Shown piece by piece: positions 1-9,722 of a stretch of 64,000 bases of DNA. The notes under the pieces were generated by a model. That model was given only the letters and a program-made list of their open reading frames with translations, had not been told where the DNA came from and did not search any database. The first letter of the stretch is position 1; each line of letters opens with the position of its first letter. The position numbers and the translations under genes were made by a program. The stretch comes from Verrucomicrobiota bacterium (lineage in GTDB: Bacteria > Verrucomicrobiota > Verrucomicrobiia > Opitutales > Seribacteraceae), in NCBI GenBank assembly GCA_027622665.1, contig JAQBYT010000012.1, forward strand, positions 36,080 through 100,079, read 5' to 3'.

Positions 1-750
1 CTTGTACTTGGCGATCAGCTTGTCCTTATCGGCCGAGACTTGCTCAACTTTTCCATAGACCTTTTCGAAGGACTTCCCGAGCATGGAATACAAGTTCCGA
101 GCAACGTAGGCGGGAATCTCCTCCTTGGCGACCTTGCCCTCTCCCATGACTTTGGCAAGGGCTCGGGCATATGACTTGCGCGAGGCCAAAGTCTCAATCA
201 CCGTTCGCTTGGCAGATGTATCGAACTCTCCATATCGGCCAAGCAGTATTCCCGGAGCGTCAGGGTAATCATAGGTAGCGTACGCTCGAATAACATCGAG
301 TCGGAAAGGTGAATCGAGCAAACCTTCCAGAACCGCCGGAACGTCGACGTGTTTTTGAGCCAAGAGAGACTTCAAGGCATCTCGCCGGCTATCCAGTTCC
401 GCCTTTTCGTTTCTCAGAACTTTCATGGCGTTCCTACTGGCTCCTTCATCTCCGAAAATCTGGCTCAACTGATTGACCAGCTTGAGAACGTCTTGGTTGT
501 TTTTCTTTTGAAACTTGGCCTTGAGAATTGCCCAGTCTTTTGGCGGCTTTACGTTTCTGCGCCCCGATAGACCACTAGCCATACCTTGAAGAAAATTAAT
601 TTGTACAGTTTCATTATCGATGGAAAGAACTGCTGAAACCAAGCTGTTCAGTCGATCGCTTTCTTCATCGGCCCATGCAGGGGTCGAAATTACGAACGGA
701 AGTAAGAAGGATAAAAAAAGCAGGCGAAACATTGAAAAAAAGTCTATCAT
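1..750 (-). CDS. Exported helical protein, probably a PVC-type heme-binding (c-type cytochrome) protein; runs off the left edge
   Basis: Absent from the ORF track. Open frame from ATG at 750 (MIDFFSMFRLLFLSFLLPFVISTPAWA, signal-like) to base 1 (...IETLASRKSYARALAKVMGEGKVAKEEIPAYVARNL...DKDKLIAKYK). This resembles the region preceding the CxxCH domain in PVC heme-binding proteins; the CxxCH itself is not in the window. Confidence 0.6.
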   Translation of the reverse strand, partial: MIDFFSMFRLLFLSFLLPFVISTPAWADEESDRLNSLVSAVLSIDNETVQINFLQGMASGLSGRRNVKPPKDWAILKAKFQKKNNQDVLKLVNQLSQIFGDEGASRNAMKVLRNEKAELDSRRDALKSLLAQKHVDVPAVLEGLLDSPFRLDVIRAYATYDYPDAPGILLGRYGEFDTSAKRTVIETLASRKSYARALAKVMGEGKVAKEEIPAYVARNLYSMLGKSFEKVYGKVEQVSADKDKLIAKYK

Positions 751-884
751 AATTCCACGATAAATGCTTGGATAAAAAAGCCTATTTTTATGCGATTCCT
801 GCCATCTGCCTTAAATCGCTCCGTCTGGTATTAACATAAAGGTTTCTTTCTTTGAGGGACTTGGGGCTCGAACGTATGCCGACC

Positions 885-1760
885 TCATTGACCTAGATAA
901 CAGAATGCCGGCACGCCTTGAACGCCAAGACCATCGATGACGAATACCCGACCGGCATCGGGTTCTTTCAAAGTCTTGTGGAGACCGGTGGTAACGAAAA
1001 GTCGATCGAGGTTAGGTCCGCCAAAGGAGCAGGCAGTGGTTTCGACGCAGGGCAAGTCCACCTTGTGGAGTTGATCTCCCGATCGCGGATCGAAACAAAC
1101 AACGCAACCTCCATGACAGAAGGCGATCCACAAATTCCCATTGGCATCAATGGTCATGCCGTCGGGCGAACTGCCATAGCCTTTGGCCTCGGTATCCAGG
1201 GCTACCTTAGAAGAGCCGATTTCACCTGATGCATCATCATATTCGTAGGCACGGACTTTTCGAGTAGGGGTATCAATGTAATACATTTTCGTGGCGTCCA
1301 AGCTCCAGCAGATACCATTTGAATTGGTTACCTGCTCCACTTTCCGGTGAAGAGTGCCTTGGGCATCCAGCATGTATAGAGTGGCATCCCCTGTATTCTT
1401 AGCCAGACTTATGGTTCCCGCCCAGAACCGACCGGACGGGTCGCATTTGCCGTCGTTGAAACGATTGGTAGCTCGTTTACCGGCCTCGGGATCCGCAAGA
1501 TTCATCTTATCTCCGGTGATCGGGTCGAAGGTATTGATTCCGGTGTCGCCCGCATAAAGGTAACCACCGGAAGCAAACGGCACCACGGTGCCAATACGCT
1601 CTCCGACGTCCCATACGCTTTCTTCACACGTCTCCGGGTTTAGCCGAACTAGTTTATGGTCTTCGATGTCGACGTAGAGAAGATGTTCTTGCCAAAAAAC
1701 TGGACCTTCCCCCCATTTCGAGACGCGTGTTCCAACAGTTTTAATCGTGGTGTCCGACAT
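885..1760 (-). CDS. SMP-30/gluconolactonase/LRE (regucalcin-like) family protein
   Basis: Motifs GEGPVF, RFNDGKCDPSGRFWAG, SNGICWS, PDGMTIDANGNLW, TACSFGGPNLDRLFVT. Confidence 0.93.
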   Translation of the reverse strand: MSDTTIKTVGTRVSKWGEGPVFWQEHLLYVDIEDHKLVRLNPETCEESVWDVGERIGTVVPFASGGYLYAGDTGINTFDPITGDKMNLADPEAGKRATNRFNDGKCDPSGRFWAGTISLAKNTGDATLYMLDAQGTLHRKVEQVTNSNGICWSLDATKMYYIDTPTRKVRAYEYDDASGEIGSSKVALDTEAKGYGSSPDGMTIDANGNLWIAFCHGGCVVCFDPRSGDQLHKVDLPCVETTACSFGGPNLDRLFVTTGLHKTLKEPDAGRVFVIDGLGVQGVPAFCYLGQ

Positions 1761-1849
1761 AGTATGTTTCCAATAATAAATCCAAGAGATATAGAGCCGG
1801 AGGACGGATCAGTGAATGCCATCCATGCTCGAATGAGGAAACATGTCAC

Positions 1850-2599
1850 TCAACGAGGAAAGGGCAATTGCCAAGACTTGAAGAAGAATTCCATGGCGAC
1901 GTCGTGAAGCTCTAGACCTGCGGGCAGTTCGGGCAAACCGGATTGCTTCGAACCATAAAGGGCACTGTCCACACTAAGCTCCACGCACCTCTTGTGCACG
2001 AGGGCTGCGTTATCCGGGTGGTGCACCTTATCGTTGGGTCCGGAATGATTATACAAAATGATCGGCGGTCCATCCTTCCTCAGCTTGGGATAAGTCATCA
2101 GTGGAGTGCCCATTGGTTGCTGGATAGGGAAAACGGAACGAATGCCAAGATCGTGTCCGTGTCCGACATGGCAACTAATCAAGGCTCCCGCCGAGCCTCC
2201 TGAAACAGAAATCCTCGTTTTGTCTAGGTTGTACTTCTTGGCGTTGGCTTGAAGAAATCGGACAGCCTCTGCGGCATGGTCCATGATCTTGAAGTAATCC
2301 TTGTTGGTGTGAACGAGAAACGGGTAGTTCACGCTAGCGAAAGCCACACCCTTGGAATGGTATTTCCTTAGCATTTGGCTGCGACTGAAACTTGCTTTAT
2401 CCCCCTTTTTAAACCCACCGCCATGAAAGTAAACCACCAGCGGCGCAGGTTTTTGGGAATCGACCAGCCAGAGGTCAAGGACGCTGCGATCATATTCCTT
2501 GCTGTAACGAAGATCTCTGTGAGTAGGCTCTGCTTTCAAGGCAGCCGAAAATGAGAGAAAAGCTACTAGGGAAAAGATAACAACATTGAGAGTTTTCAT
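1850..2599 (-). CDS. Exported alpha/beta hydrolase (esterase/lipase, HSL-like)
   Basis: HGGG oxyanion motif, GGSAG nucleophile elbow, D..H (DKVHHP). Start moved to ATG 2599 (MKTLNVV... signal peptide) to avoid overlap with the upstream gene. Confidence 0.85.
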   Translation of the reverse strand: MKTLNVVIFSLVAFLSFSAALKAEPTHRDLRYSKEYDRSVLDLWLVDSQKPAPLVVYFHGGGFKKGDKASFSRSQMLRKYHSKGVAFASVNYPFLVHTNKDYFKIMDHAAEAVRFLQANAKKYNLDKTRISVSGGSAGALISCHVGHGHDLGIRSVFPIQQPMGTPLMTYPKLRKDGPPIILYNHSGPNDKVHHPDNAALVHKRCVELSVDSALYGSKQSGLPELPAGLELHDVAMEFFFKSWQLPFPR

Positions 2600-2615
2600 T
2601 CTTTTATCCAATTTC

Positions 2616-3389
2616 TTAAGCACTGACTTGCTGGAGCCAGTTGCGAGCAATCAGTTCGTGACCTTGCGGCAAGGGGTGAACGCCATCCCAAATCCATTGC
2701 TCGGGAGTAACTGACTTTGCGGCGGCATCAAAAATCTCCTGTGTCCTGAGATGGACGGCTTTGTAATCGTTGACCAACTCAGCGACGATACCGCAAAGTT
2801 TGTCCACTTCTCCTCTCATCTGCTTCCAAGCATCTTCATTCTTAAGGCGCCCGGAACGCAGAACAAATGGGTCAAGGAGAACGAGTCTCAACTTCGGATT
2901 CGCCTTTCGGCTTGCATCCAGAATGAAGCGATAGTCATTCTCCCACTTTTTCAAGTCGACACCCTTGTTCCCACTGCCACCGACGTCGTTCACGCCAATA
3001 AGAATGCTGAGGAGGTCCGGTTTCATATCGATGGCGTCCTTTTGCCACCGAGCCTTGAGATTCCCTACCGTGTGCCCGCTCATACCACGGTTGAAAAACT
3101 CGAGACCTGCCTCCGCCATGTCCACTCCCAGTCTTGAAGCAATCAAGTAAACGTAACTGTGACCTAGGTAGTGGTTGCGATCATTCTGGTTCCTTCCCCA
3201 CTTCATGTCCGTGATGGAATCACCTTGAAAAAGCAAACGGCTACCGTGAGCAATTTCAGGAAGACGATAATCATATCCCCCTACTCCCGAAGGGTTCGGA
3301 GTGGCTCCTTCAAGCTTCGCACCGGCGGTCACTGCAACTGCTCCACTGCAAACCGCTCCACTCTTAAGAAAATTTCGTCGATCTATCAT
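2616..3389 (-). CDS. SGNH/GDSL hydrolase, Tat-exported
   Basis: DRRNFLK Tat motif; blocks GDSIT, NRGMSG, IGVND, DGVHP. Confidence 0.93.
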   Translation of the reverse strand: MIDRRNFLKSGAVCSGAVAVTAGAKLEGATPNPSGVGGYDYRLPEIAHGSRLLFQGDSITDMKWGRNQNDRNHYLGHSYVYLIASRLGVDMAEAGLEFFNRGMSGHTVGNLKARWQKDAIDMKPDLLSILIGVNDVGGSGNKGVDLKKWENDYRFILDASRKANPKLRLVLLDPFVLRSGRLKNEDAWKQMRGEVDKLCGIVAELVNDYKAVHLRTQEIFDAAAKSVTPEQWIWDGVHPLPQGHELIARNWLQQVSA

Positions 3390-3460
3390 TAGCTTTATTA
3401 GTCGAAATTAAATTTGCCGAAACAGGCGAAATCAAAATTTCGCGAGAAACAGGGAGAAGC

Positions 3461-4999
3461 TTACCTTTCCCACTTAACCGTGGTGAAAGTGAGCCCGGGC
3501 AGACCGTCCTTGTTGTAGAAGTTCGCGTAACTAGGGTTGTTGCTGAAGGCGTATTGAACATTCACGGGCTTGGACACCTCGGGATGACTCAATACGACCG
3601 ATTCGCCGTCGATAGTCGCCTCGGCCCATTGCCACTTGCCGTCCTCTCCCGCGATTTCGAATCCTTGCAAGGCCTTGGCGTGGCGAAAGGCAAGACCTTT
3701 GCCGACATGATCAAACAGCACTCGGACCTTCTTACCCTCGATCTTGTGCGACTTATAGACTGGACCGGAAATGGCTATCTTGTGTCCATATACCGAGCCG
3801 AGGGCGACTCGACAGGCTCGCTTACCGTAGCCCGACTTGTTCGAAGGATGGATGCCTGTTCCCAAGTCGAGGGCCGTGACCAGTGGAGCATTCTTCAGCG
3901 TGCCCATCCGAACGTGATCCAAGTGATAGGCCAAGGAGTTGGGTTTATCAAAATGATTGCCGGGCAAATTGGGGCTGAAGGCCTTCGCTCCCCGGTTAAC
4001 CGGGTTCTCGGGATCCCATGGGCAAACCCCGCCACTCGGCTTTTGGACGTGAAGAAAATGGAAGTCCCCTTGCCCCCACACCTTGCGCCAGCCAGTTATC
4101 AAGGCGTTCATCACAACGTACTGGTCGGCGACGCCGGGTATCTGTGTCTTGGACTCTCCCTGATCCCAAAGAACGCCACGTATCCCGTAAGGCACCATGT
4201 ATTCGATGTGCCGAGCATAAAGGTCACCGATCTTCGCGGGACCACGCGGTGGACGCTTCCCCGCAACTTTGGCCTTCTCCACCTTTTCCTTCCATTCCTT
4301 CATAAAGGTTTCTCGGTCCTTGACCAAATCGGATAAGGAATAACCGTTGGAGGTCTTGAAGCGCTTCGATAGCTCAGCATCGGCGGCAGCCATTTCCTCG
4401 GACAACCAACGCCCGGATGGCGTGCCGCCGACGGCCCCGACCATCAATCCCACGGGTACCTTTAGCTCCTGTTGCAAAGCATAACCAAAGGACAAGTGAA
4501 TGGCCGAGAACCTCGGCATGGTGTCCTGATCGGCGACCTTCCATGCGGAACCGGCGTAGAGACGAATTTCCTGATAGGGTCCACTGGCAATGATCTTGGC
4601 CAAGTCCTCATCTCTTTTGGCGTATCCCCCTGCCCCGCCGGCCATGTTCGACTGCCCTGAACCCACCCAAACTTCGCCCACCAGAACATTATCGAACTCA
4701 ACCTTGTTCGCCTTGCCCGAAACCGTCAGCTTGCCCGCAGGGCCCAGCTTCAAGGAATCCAACTTGGCCATCCATTTGCCATCCTTGCCTGCAGTCGCCT
4801 TCTTCGATTGCTCCCGGAAAGCCACCGTGACCGACGCACCGGCATCAGCCGTACCCCAGACCGGAACTAACTGTTCTCGCTGGAGCACCATGCCATCGCT
4901 GAACATGCGGTCGACGGTGACCGCGGCGTGAAGAAAGGGTGCCCAAAAAGCGAGCCCGAGGAAGACGAATGACGAAGCAGTTCTTTTTTTCATTTTCAA
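3461..4999 (-). CDS. Sialate O-acetylesterase (SASA/DUF303) family protein
   Basis: MVLQRE, GEVWVGSGQSNM, WDQGES, IHPSNK motifs; signal peptide. Confidence 0.9.
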   Translation of the reverse strand: MKMKKRTASSFVFLGLAFWAPFLHAAVTVDRMFSDGMVLQREQLVPVWGTADAGASVTVAFREQSKKATAGKDGKWMAKLDSLKLGPAGKLTVSGKANKVEFDNVLVGEVWVGSGQSNMAGGAGGYAKRDEDLAKIIASGPYQEIRLYAGSAWKVADQDTMPRFSAIHLSFGYALQQELKVPVGLMVGAVGGTPSGRWLSEEMAAADAELSKRFKTSNGYSLSDLVKDRETFMKEWKEKVEKAKVAGKRPPRGPAKIGDLYARHIEYMVPYGIRGVLWDQGESKTQIPGVADQYVVMNALITGWRKVWGQGDFHFLHVQKPSGGVCPWDPENPVNRGAKAFSPNLPGNHFDKPNSLAYHLDHVRMGTLKNAPLVTALDLGTGIHPSNKSGYGKRACRVALGSVYGHKIAISGPVYKSHKIEGKKVRVLFDHVGKGLAFRHAKALQGFEIAGEDGKWQWAEATIDGESVVLSHPEVSKPVNVQYAFSNNPSYANFYNKDGLPGLTFTTVKWER

Positions 5000-5068
5000 T
5001 ATTGGTTGTTACCGTAGGCAGGGAAAAGAGAGACGAGAAGAGGGAAGGAAAATCATCGTGGTAGCGGT

Positions 5069-5264
5069 CTATGGTTTCGGTTCGGATTGGGCCAGTTCCT
5101 TTGGCTTGGCCCGGTAGAGAAAGGAATCGGAGCTTAACAGGGAAATTACCAGAGCCTTGCTTTCGCTCGCCCCCGCCATTGCGTTAAGGAAAGGAAGACC
5201 AAGGGTAACGCCCGCCCCCTCTCAGAAAAGTTCGTCGCTCGAAATGCCAGGATTTGGATGCCAT
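5069..5264 (-). pseudogene. Frameshifted DUF1552 N-terminal fragment joined to a DUF1585(PSD2)-like C-terminus
   Basis: ATG 5264 gives MASKSWHFERRTFLRG. Removing one base from the C5 run (5215-5219) gives RGAGVTLGLPFLNAMAG, a typical DUF1552 Tat start lying downstream of a DUF1592 gene. The frame then continues KALVISLLSSDSFLYR...PKP*, which resembles the end of a DUF1592-family protein. Confidence 0.6.
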
Positions 5265-5276
5265 TGTTCTTTCTTT

Positions 5277-6620
5277 CTATTGTCTCTTTGAAAACGTCTC
5301 GCTTGAAACGATCTTCCCAATCAATTCCGGTACAGAGTAGTGACTTCCCTCAAAGTGGTCAACCAACTCGTTCACCAGTTCTTCATCGTGAAAATCGAGG
5401 TTTCTTGAGAGCCCGAAGGCTAGAATCCGTTCAACCAGACCTTTGGCAAAATCTCTTTTCCGATGATTGACGAGATACTCCTTTAGTTTTTCGATTCCGT
5501 CAACCTCCGCTCCATCCGGCAGGGTGGCTTTGCACTCGATCTCCAAATAACTTTTTTCGAATGAGGGTTTCTTTGCCTTTTTTTGCTCGCTCTCCTGATC
5601 CTTCGGCAGACCGGATGTTTTTGAGACAACCAAGACTTTAGTTCGCCAAAGCCCGCTTGCGTCAAAATTTTCAAAGGGTATTCCCCATGGGTCGATTTTC
5701 CGATGGCAACTCCGGCAGGCTTCGTTGTCCCGATGGGCAAAGAGCTTTTGATTAAGGGTCATCTTGTTGAACCCGGGATGCTTTCATCGAGCGGCGGAAT
5801 GTTTGCGGGCGGATCGGGAGGTGGTTCGTGAAGGATCACATCGGCAAGCCAAACGCCGCGCAGAATGGCATGAGAATTCATGCCGTCGGAATTGCCGATT
5901 AGAAATGTGCCTTGGGTCCGCAAACCACCTCGGTGAGATGTTTCATCCACAGCGACCTTTTGGAATTCTTCTCCTCTTACGCCCCTAAGCTTGTAAAAAC
6001 CAGCCAAAGTCTGGTTCACGAAAACATGATCCGCCTTCAGCAAGTTCAGTGCGGAGGAACCGCTCCGAAAGACGTCGTTAACGGCTTCGTAGGTTTCCCT
6101 ATGCATCAGTTCCTTGATCGTATCCTTGAATCGGGGTAGTAGTTACGATCAACGGCGACATTACCCAGTTGCGAGGTTAGTAACCATTGGTCGGCAAAAC
6201 GCTCCACCCATCTCCTCGATTTCTCATCTTTCAACATTCGCTTCACTTGAGATTCCAGTTCCGAGGGTTGGGTCAGCAGCCCTTCGGCAGCGGCCTTGAT
6301 CCAGGGTCCGTCGGGAACCGAACACCACAAGAAAAAAGCGAGTCGCTCAGCCAGTTTGAAGTTCGCATTTTCTTCCGCCCCGAGATTTCCCGGAAGTCCA
6401 AGATAATAAGAACTTGAGAGAACACAAGATCTCCTTGTAGGCGCTCAGCAAGGCCATGGACGGAGATTCCACTTGAGCATGACGCTGATAAACTTGATGG
6501 TACTTTTTAAGTTCCGCCCCGGTGGGCGTTCTCCGAAAGGCTTTCGTGACGAAAGAAGAAATCTTCAGGTAAACCTCTTGTTTAACTTCGGATTTCCCGA
6601 GGTCATGAGGAATCAAAGTC
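5277..6620 (-). pseudogene. DUF1592-family protein (DUF1595/DUF1592/DUF1588/DUF1585 domains), 5'-truncated with about three frameshifts
   Basis: Collinear pieces AFRRTP...EILCS / LAERLAFFLWCSVPD...FADQWL / MHRETY...HAILRGVWL...PPPDPPANIPPL / CRSCHRKIDPWG..ENFDASG.WR. Frameshifts near 6408, 6133 (C run) and 5772 (G/C run). Confidence 0.85.
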
Positions 6621-6854
6621 TTCGGCAACTGGGTCGAATCGTGCCGCGCGGGCAAACAGGCTTTGTCCAACTTCGGCGTCGCGGGCCCGTACACCGAAAC
6701 CCTTTTCATGGCCTCGATCTCCAGTCGAGTCCCGGGCCAGAAGTTGATCCGGGACAGCAAGAACGTGCGCTTCACGAACAGCGACGAGGCAAACGAGTTG
6801 GTCAAGCCGGACTGCCGCAAAGGCTGGGGGTTGCCCGAGCTGAAAGATGTGTGA
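6621..6854 (+). pseudogene. C-terminal fragment of a Gfo/Idh/MocA oxidoreductase
   Basis: FGNWVESCRAGKQALSNFGVAGPYTETLFMASISSRVPGQKL.RD...ANELVKPDCRKGW parallels the C-termini of the intact paralogs in this window (ANFSYAGPLSETVLLG...YRKGW). Confidence 0.8.
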
Positions 6855-7239
6855 TGGCGATCAACGAATGGGGGTAAGCTCGACGGGGAAACGATCAGCG
6901 AGGAAGACACCTGAAAACCAGGGTAGCCCACCATGCAGGACCCCTACGGCAACTACCGCTTACCCCGCTCCTTGTAAGCGAAAGGGTTTCCATATTCTTG
7001 AAATTCGACAGCGCGGAAAGTAGCTGCTTCTTCTCGTCCTGCATGTTAGTTTCGTAGTCACACTGCGGGTGCCGCGCAAGTGCAAGTCATGAGGGAATTA
7101 GCTTTAGTTACTCCTTGAGGTCGGAGGGTGCATGTAATCCCTATTTCTGGTTGCCTCAAAAGCATGATTTAAAGAAACTCCCGTGCATAGGTATATGTGC
7201 GTTGAATTATTGTGTTTAACAAATTGAGATGATAAGCCG

Positions 7240-9255
7240 ATGATAAAATATTTTAACGCAATGATGGTTCTGGCGATACTGCTGGGCGTCTCGGCGTTGC
7301 GCGGGGCGGAGGTGCGTTATGAATTGTCCATCACCGAGAAAATTATTTCGCCGACCGGACGGCGCGTGAAGGCGCTGGTGATCAACGATGGCATCCCCGG
7401 GCCGGTGCTGCGCTTTCGCGTGGGCGACACCGCGCGCATCCGCGTGCACAACCGGCTACCGAAGGACGAGACGCTGCTGCACTGGCACGGGCTGCTGCTG
7501 CCCAATATTCAGGACGGCGTTCCGGACTTGACCAAGCCGCCGATTCCCTCCGGGAAATTCTGGGACTACGAGTTTGAGCTGAAACACGCCGGCACGTACT
7601 GGTATCACTCGCACGTGGGCTTGCAGGAGCAGCGTGGGATTTATGGCGCCATCGTGGTGGAGCCCGCTGAGCCGCGGGGGCCGAAAGTGGACCGCGAGCA
7701 CGTGGTGGTGCTGAGCGACTGGACCGACGAGCATCCCGACAAGGTAATGCGCACGCTGCGGCGCGGCGATGAGTGGTACGCCATCCGGAAGCGCAACATG
7801 CAGTCGTTGTGGGGCGCGCATTTGGCTGGCGAGTTGAAGGAATATCTCTCGCGCGAATGGCTACGCATGCCGGCGATGGATATTTCCGACGTGGCCTACG
7901 ACAAGTTTTGGGCCAACGGCTTGGAGCGCATTCAGCTTGCCGGCACGGGCGGCGAGAAAATTAAGCTTCGGTTTATTAACGCCGGCGCGTCCACATATTT
8001 TTATGTGCACTCGGCGACGGGGCCGCTCACGGTGGTGGAGGCCGACGGCATGCCGGTGGAGCCGATTACCGTAAAGCGCCTGCTGATGGGCATGGGCGAA
8101 ACATATGACGTCATCGTCACGCTACCGGAGCGCGGCCGCTACGAGGTGCGGGCCTCGGCGCAGGATGGCTCGGGGCACGCGTCCATTTTCCTCGGGGCGG
8201 GCCCGGAGCACTTGGCACCGAATATTCCCAAGCCGAATCTTTACTCGTTGGACTGGATGCTCGCCGGACTCGATGCCGCCGATAAACCCATCGACGCGCC
8301 GGAGGAGCCGCGGCCGCTTTCGCCCTATCGCAAGCTGCGGTCCACCGTGCGCACGCATCCGCCGGCGGATTGGCCGGTGCGCGAAATCGAGCTGCGACTC
8401 ACCGGCGACATGCAGCGCTATATTTGGTCGTTCAACGGCAAGACGCTCCTGGATGAAACGACCATCCCCGTGAAACGCGGTGAGGTGTTGCGGATGAAAT
8501 TTATCAACGACACGATGATGCACCACCCGCTGCATTTGCACGGGCATTTTTTCCGGTTGCTCAACCGGCAGGATGCCTTCGCGCCGCTCAAGCACACGGT
8601 GGACGTGCCGCCGATGGGCAGGGCGGCGATTGAGTTTGAGGCGAATGAAACGGGCGACTGGTTTTTTCACTGCCATATGCTCTACCACATGAAGGCCGGC
8701 ATGACGCGGGTCATCAGCTACGTCGAGCAGGGCCCCGGGCATCGGCCCAATTTGGATTATAAAAAAATGAATCCGTGGATGTTTAATATCAAGTCAACCG
8801 TGCAGAGCAATTTCACCGAGGGCCACGCCGGTGGGATGAACGCCCGCAACAACGTGGGCGTGGATTGGGAGCGCAGCTTCGACAGCGAAGACGAGCACGA
8901 GCTGGACCTCGTGTGGAAGCGCTACCACAATCGCAACCTCACCAGCGTGTACGGCTACCGCTTCACCAACGAACACAGCGCGAAGGACCACGCTTTCGCC
9001 AGTGTGAAATACCGCCTGCCCTTCATGGTCGCCAGCACGCTCACGGTCGATTCCGAAGGCGACCTGCGCCCCGGCCTCGCCAAGGAACTCCAGCTCACCA
9101 GTCGCCTTAGCTGGGAAAACAAAATCGAGTACGACACCCACTCCAAGTGGGAATGGAACAGCGGGATCAAGTACCGGTTGAGCAAGCCATTTTCAATCAC
9201 CGGCGGCTACCACTCCGAATACGGCTTCGGTGCCGGCCTGAATTTCATCTGGTAA
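7240..9255 (+). CDS. Multicopper oxidase (CopA-like) with a C-terminal beta-strand-rich (CopB/outer-membrane-like) extension
   Basis: All four Cu-binding motifs present: HWHG, WYHSH, HPLHLHG, HCHMLYHMKAGM. Signal peptide. The last ~170 aa are aromatic and amphipathic, ending GAGLNFIW. Confidence 0.92.
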   Translation: MIKYFNAMMVLAILLGVSALRGAEVRYELSITEKIISPTGRRVKALVINDGIPGPVLRFRVGDTARIRVHNRLPKDETLLHWHGLLLPNIQDGVPDLTKPPIPSGKFWDYEFELKHAGTYWYHSHVGLQEQRGIYGAIVVEPAEPRGPKVDREHVVVLSDWTDEHPDKVMRTLRRGDEWYAIRKRNMQSLWGAHLAGELKEYLSREWLRMPAMDISDVAYDKFWANGLERIQLAGTGGEKIKLRFINAGASTYFYVHSATGPLTVVEADGMPVEPITVKRLLMGMGETYDVIVTLPERGRYEVRASAQDGSGHASIFLGAGPEHLAPNIPKPNLYSLDWMLAGLDAADKPIDAPEEPRPLSPYRKLRSTVRTHPPADWPVREIELRLTGDMQRYIWSFNGKTLLDETTIPVKRGEVLRMKFINDTMMHHPLHLHGHFFRLLNRQDAFAPLKHTVDVPPMGRAAIEFEANETGDWFFHCHMLYHMKAGMTRVISYVEQGPGHRPNLDYKKMNPWMFNIKSTVQSNFTEGHAGGMNARNNVGVDWERSFDSEDEHELDLVWKRYHNRNLTSVYGYRFTNEHSAKDHAFASVKYRLPFMVASTLTVDSEGDLRPGLAKELQLTSRLSWENKIEYDTHSKWEWNSGIKYRLSKPFSITGGYHSEYGFGAGLNFIW

Positions 9256-9282
9256 ACAAAACTCGCAACATATAGGAAAATA

Positions 9283-9528
9283 ATGAAACAAATACTACTA
9301 CTAGCCGCCGCCATCCTGCTCCTGCAGGGCTGCAATACCACCGGGACATTCACGAACGCCAAGCCTTACCCCTTGGATAACTGCATCGTGTCCGAGAACG
9401 AACTCGGCTCCATGGGCAAGCCCGTGCAAATCGTCCACGAAGGGCAGTTGATAAAATTCTGCTGCAAACCCTGCATCAAGAAATTCAAGAAAAACCCGGC
9501 CAAATATTTGGTGCGGCTGAAACAGTAG
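9283..9528 (+). CDS. Small lipoprotein with a YHS/TRASH-like metal-binding motif
   Basis: Lipobox LLQGC; YPLDNCIVS...GSMG...KFCCKPC...PAKY; 27 bp after the oxidase with a tAGGA RBS. Confidence 0.8.
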   Translation: MKQILLLAAAILLLQGCNTTGTFTNAKPYPLDNCIVSENELGSMGKPVQIVHEGQLIKFCCKPCIKKFKKNPAKYLVRLKQ

Positions 9529-9559
9529 GCGTCAACCACGTCAAAATATCCTTGGCCAC

Positions 9560-9722
9560 GTGGACGTGGACGTCGCAGAGCGCGACAATATTCTCGCCTC
9601 GGCAGTTCCCGAGGTTGCCCTTCCCCATGCCGCCGATACCGATCCCCGCGACATTCAGTTTTTCACTTGGCGGCTTCTCGGTTTTGCTGGCGCCAACGAC
9701 GTAGCTCGGCACGATCGAGAAC
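9560..9722 (-). pseudogene. N-terminal fragment of a Gfo/Idh/MocA oxidoreductase
   Basis: FSIVPSYVVG...PPSEKLNVAGIGIGGMGKGNL...ENIVALCDV (Rossmann start, compare 51794 paralog RVNVAGIGAGGKG...NIVALCD). Similarity stops at a gtggac tandem duplication near 9560-9572. Confidence 0.8.

Noticed and set aside
6347..6934. 195-aa minus-strand ORF taken as one gene
   Set aside because: It spans the ~6620 junction: only its distal part is DUF1595-like, and the rest is antisense to the Gfo fragment.
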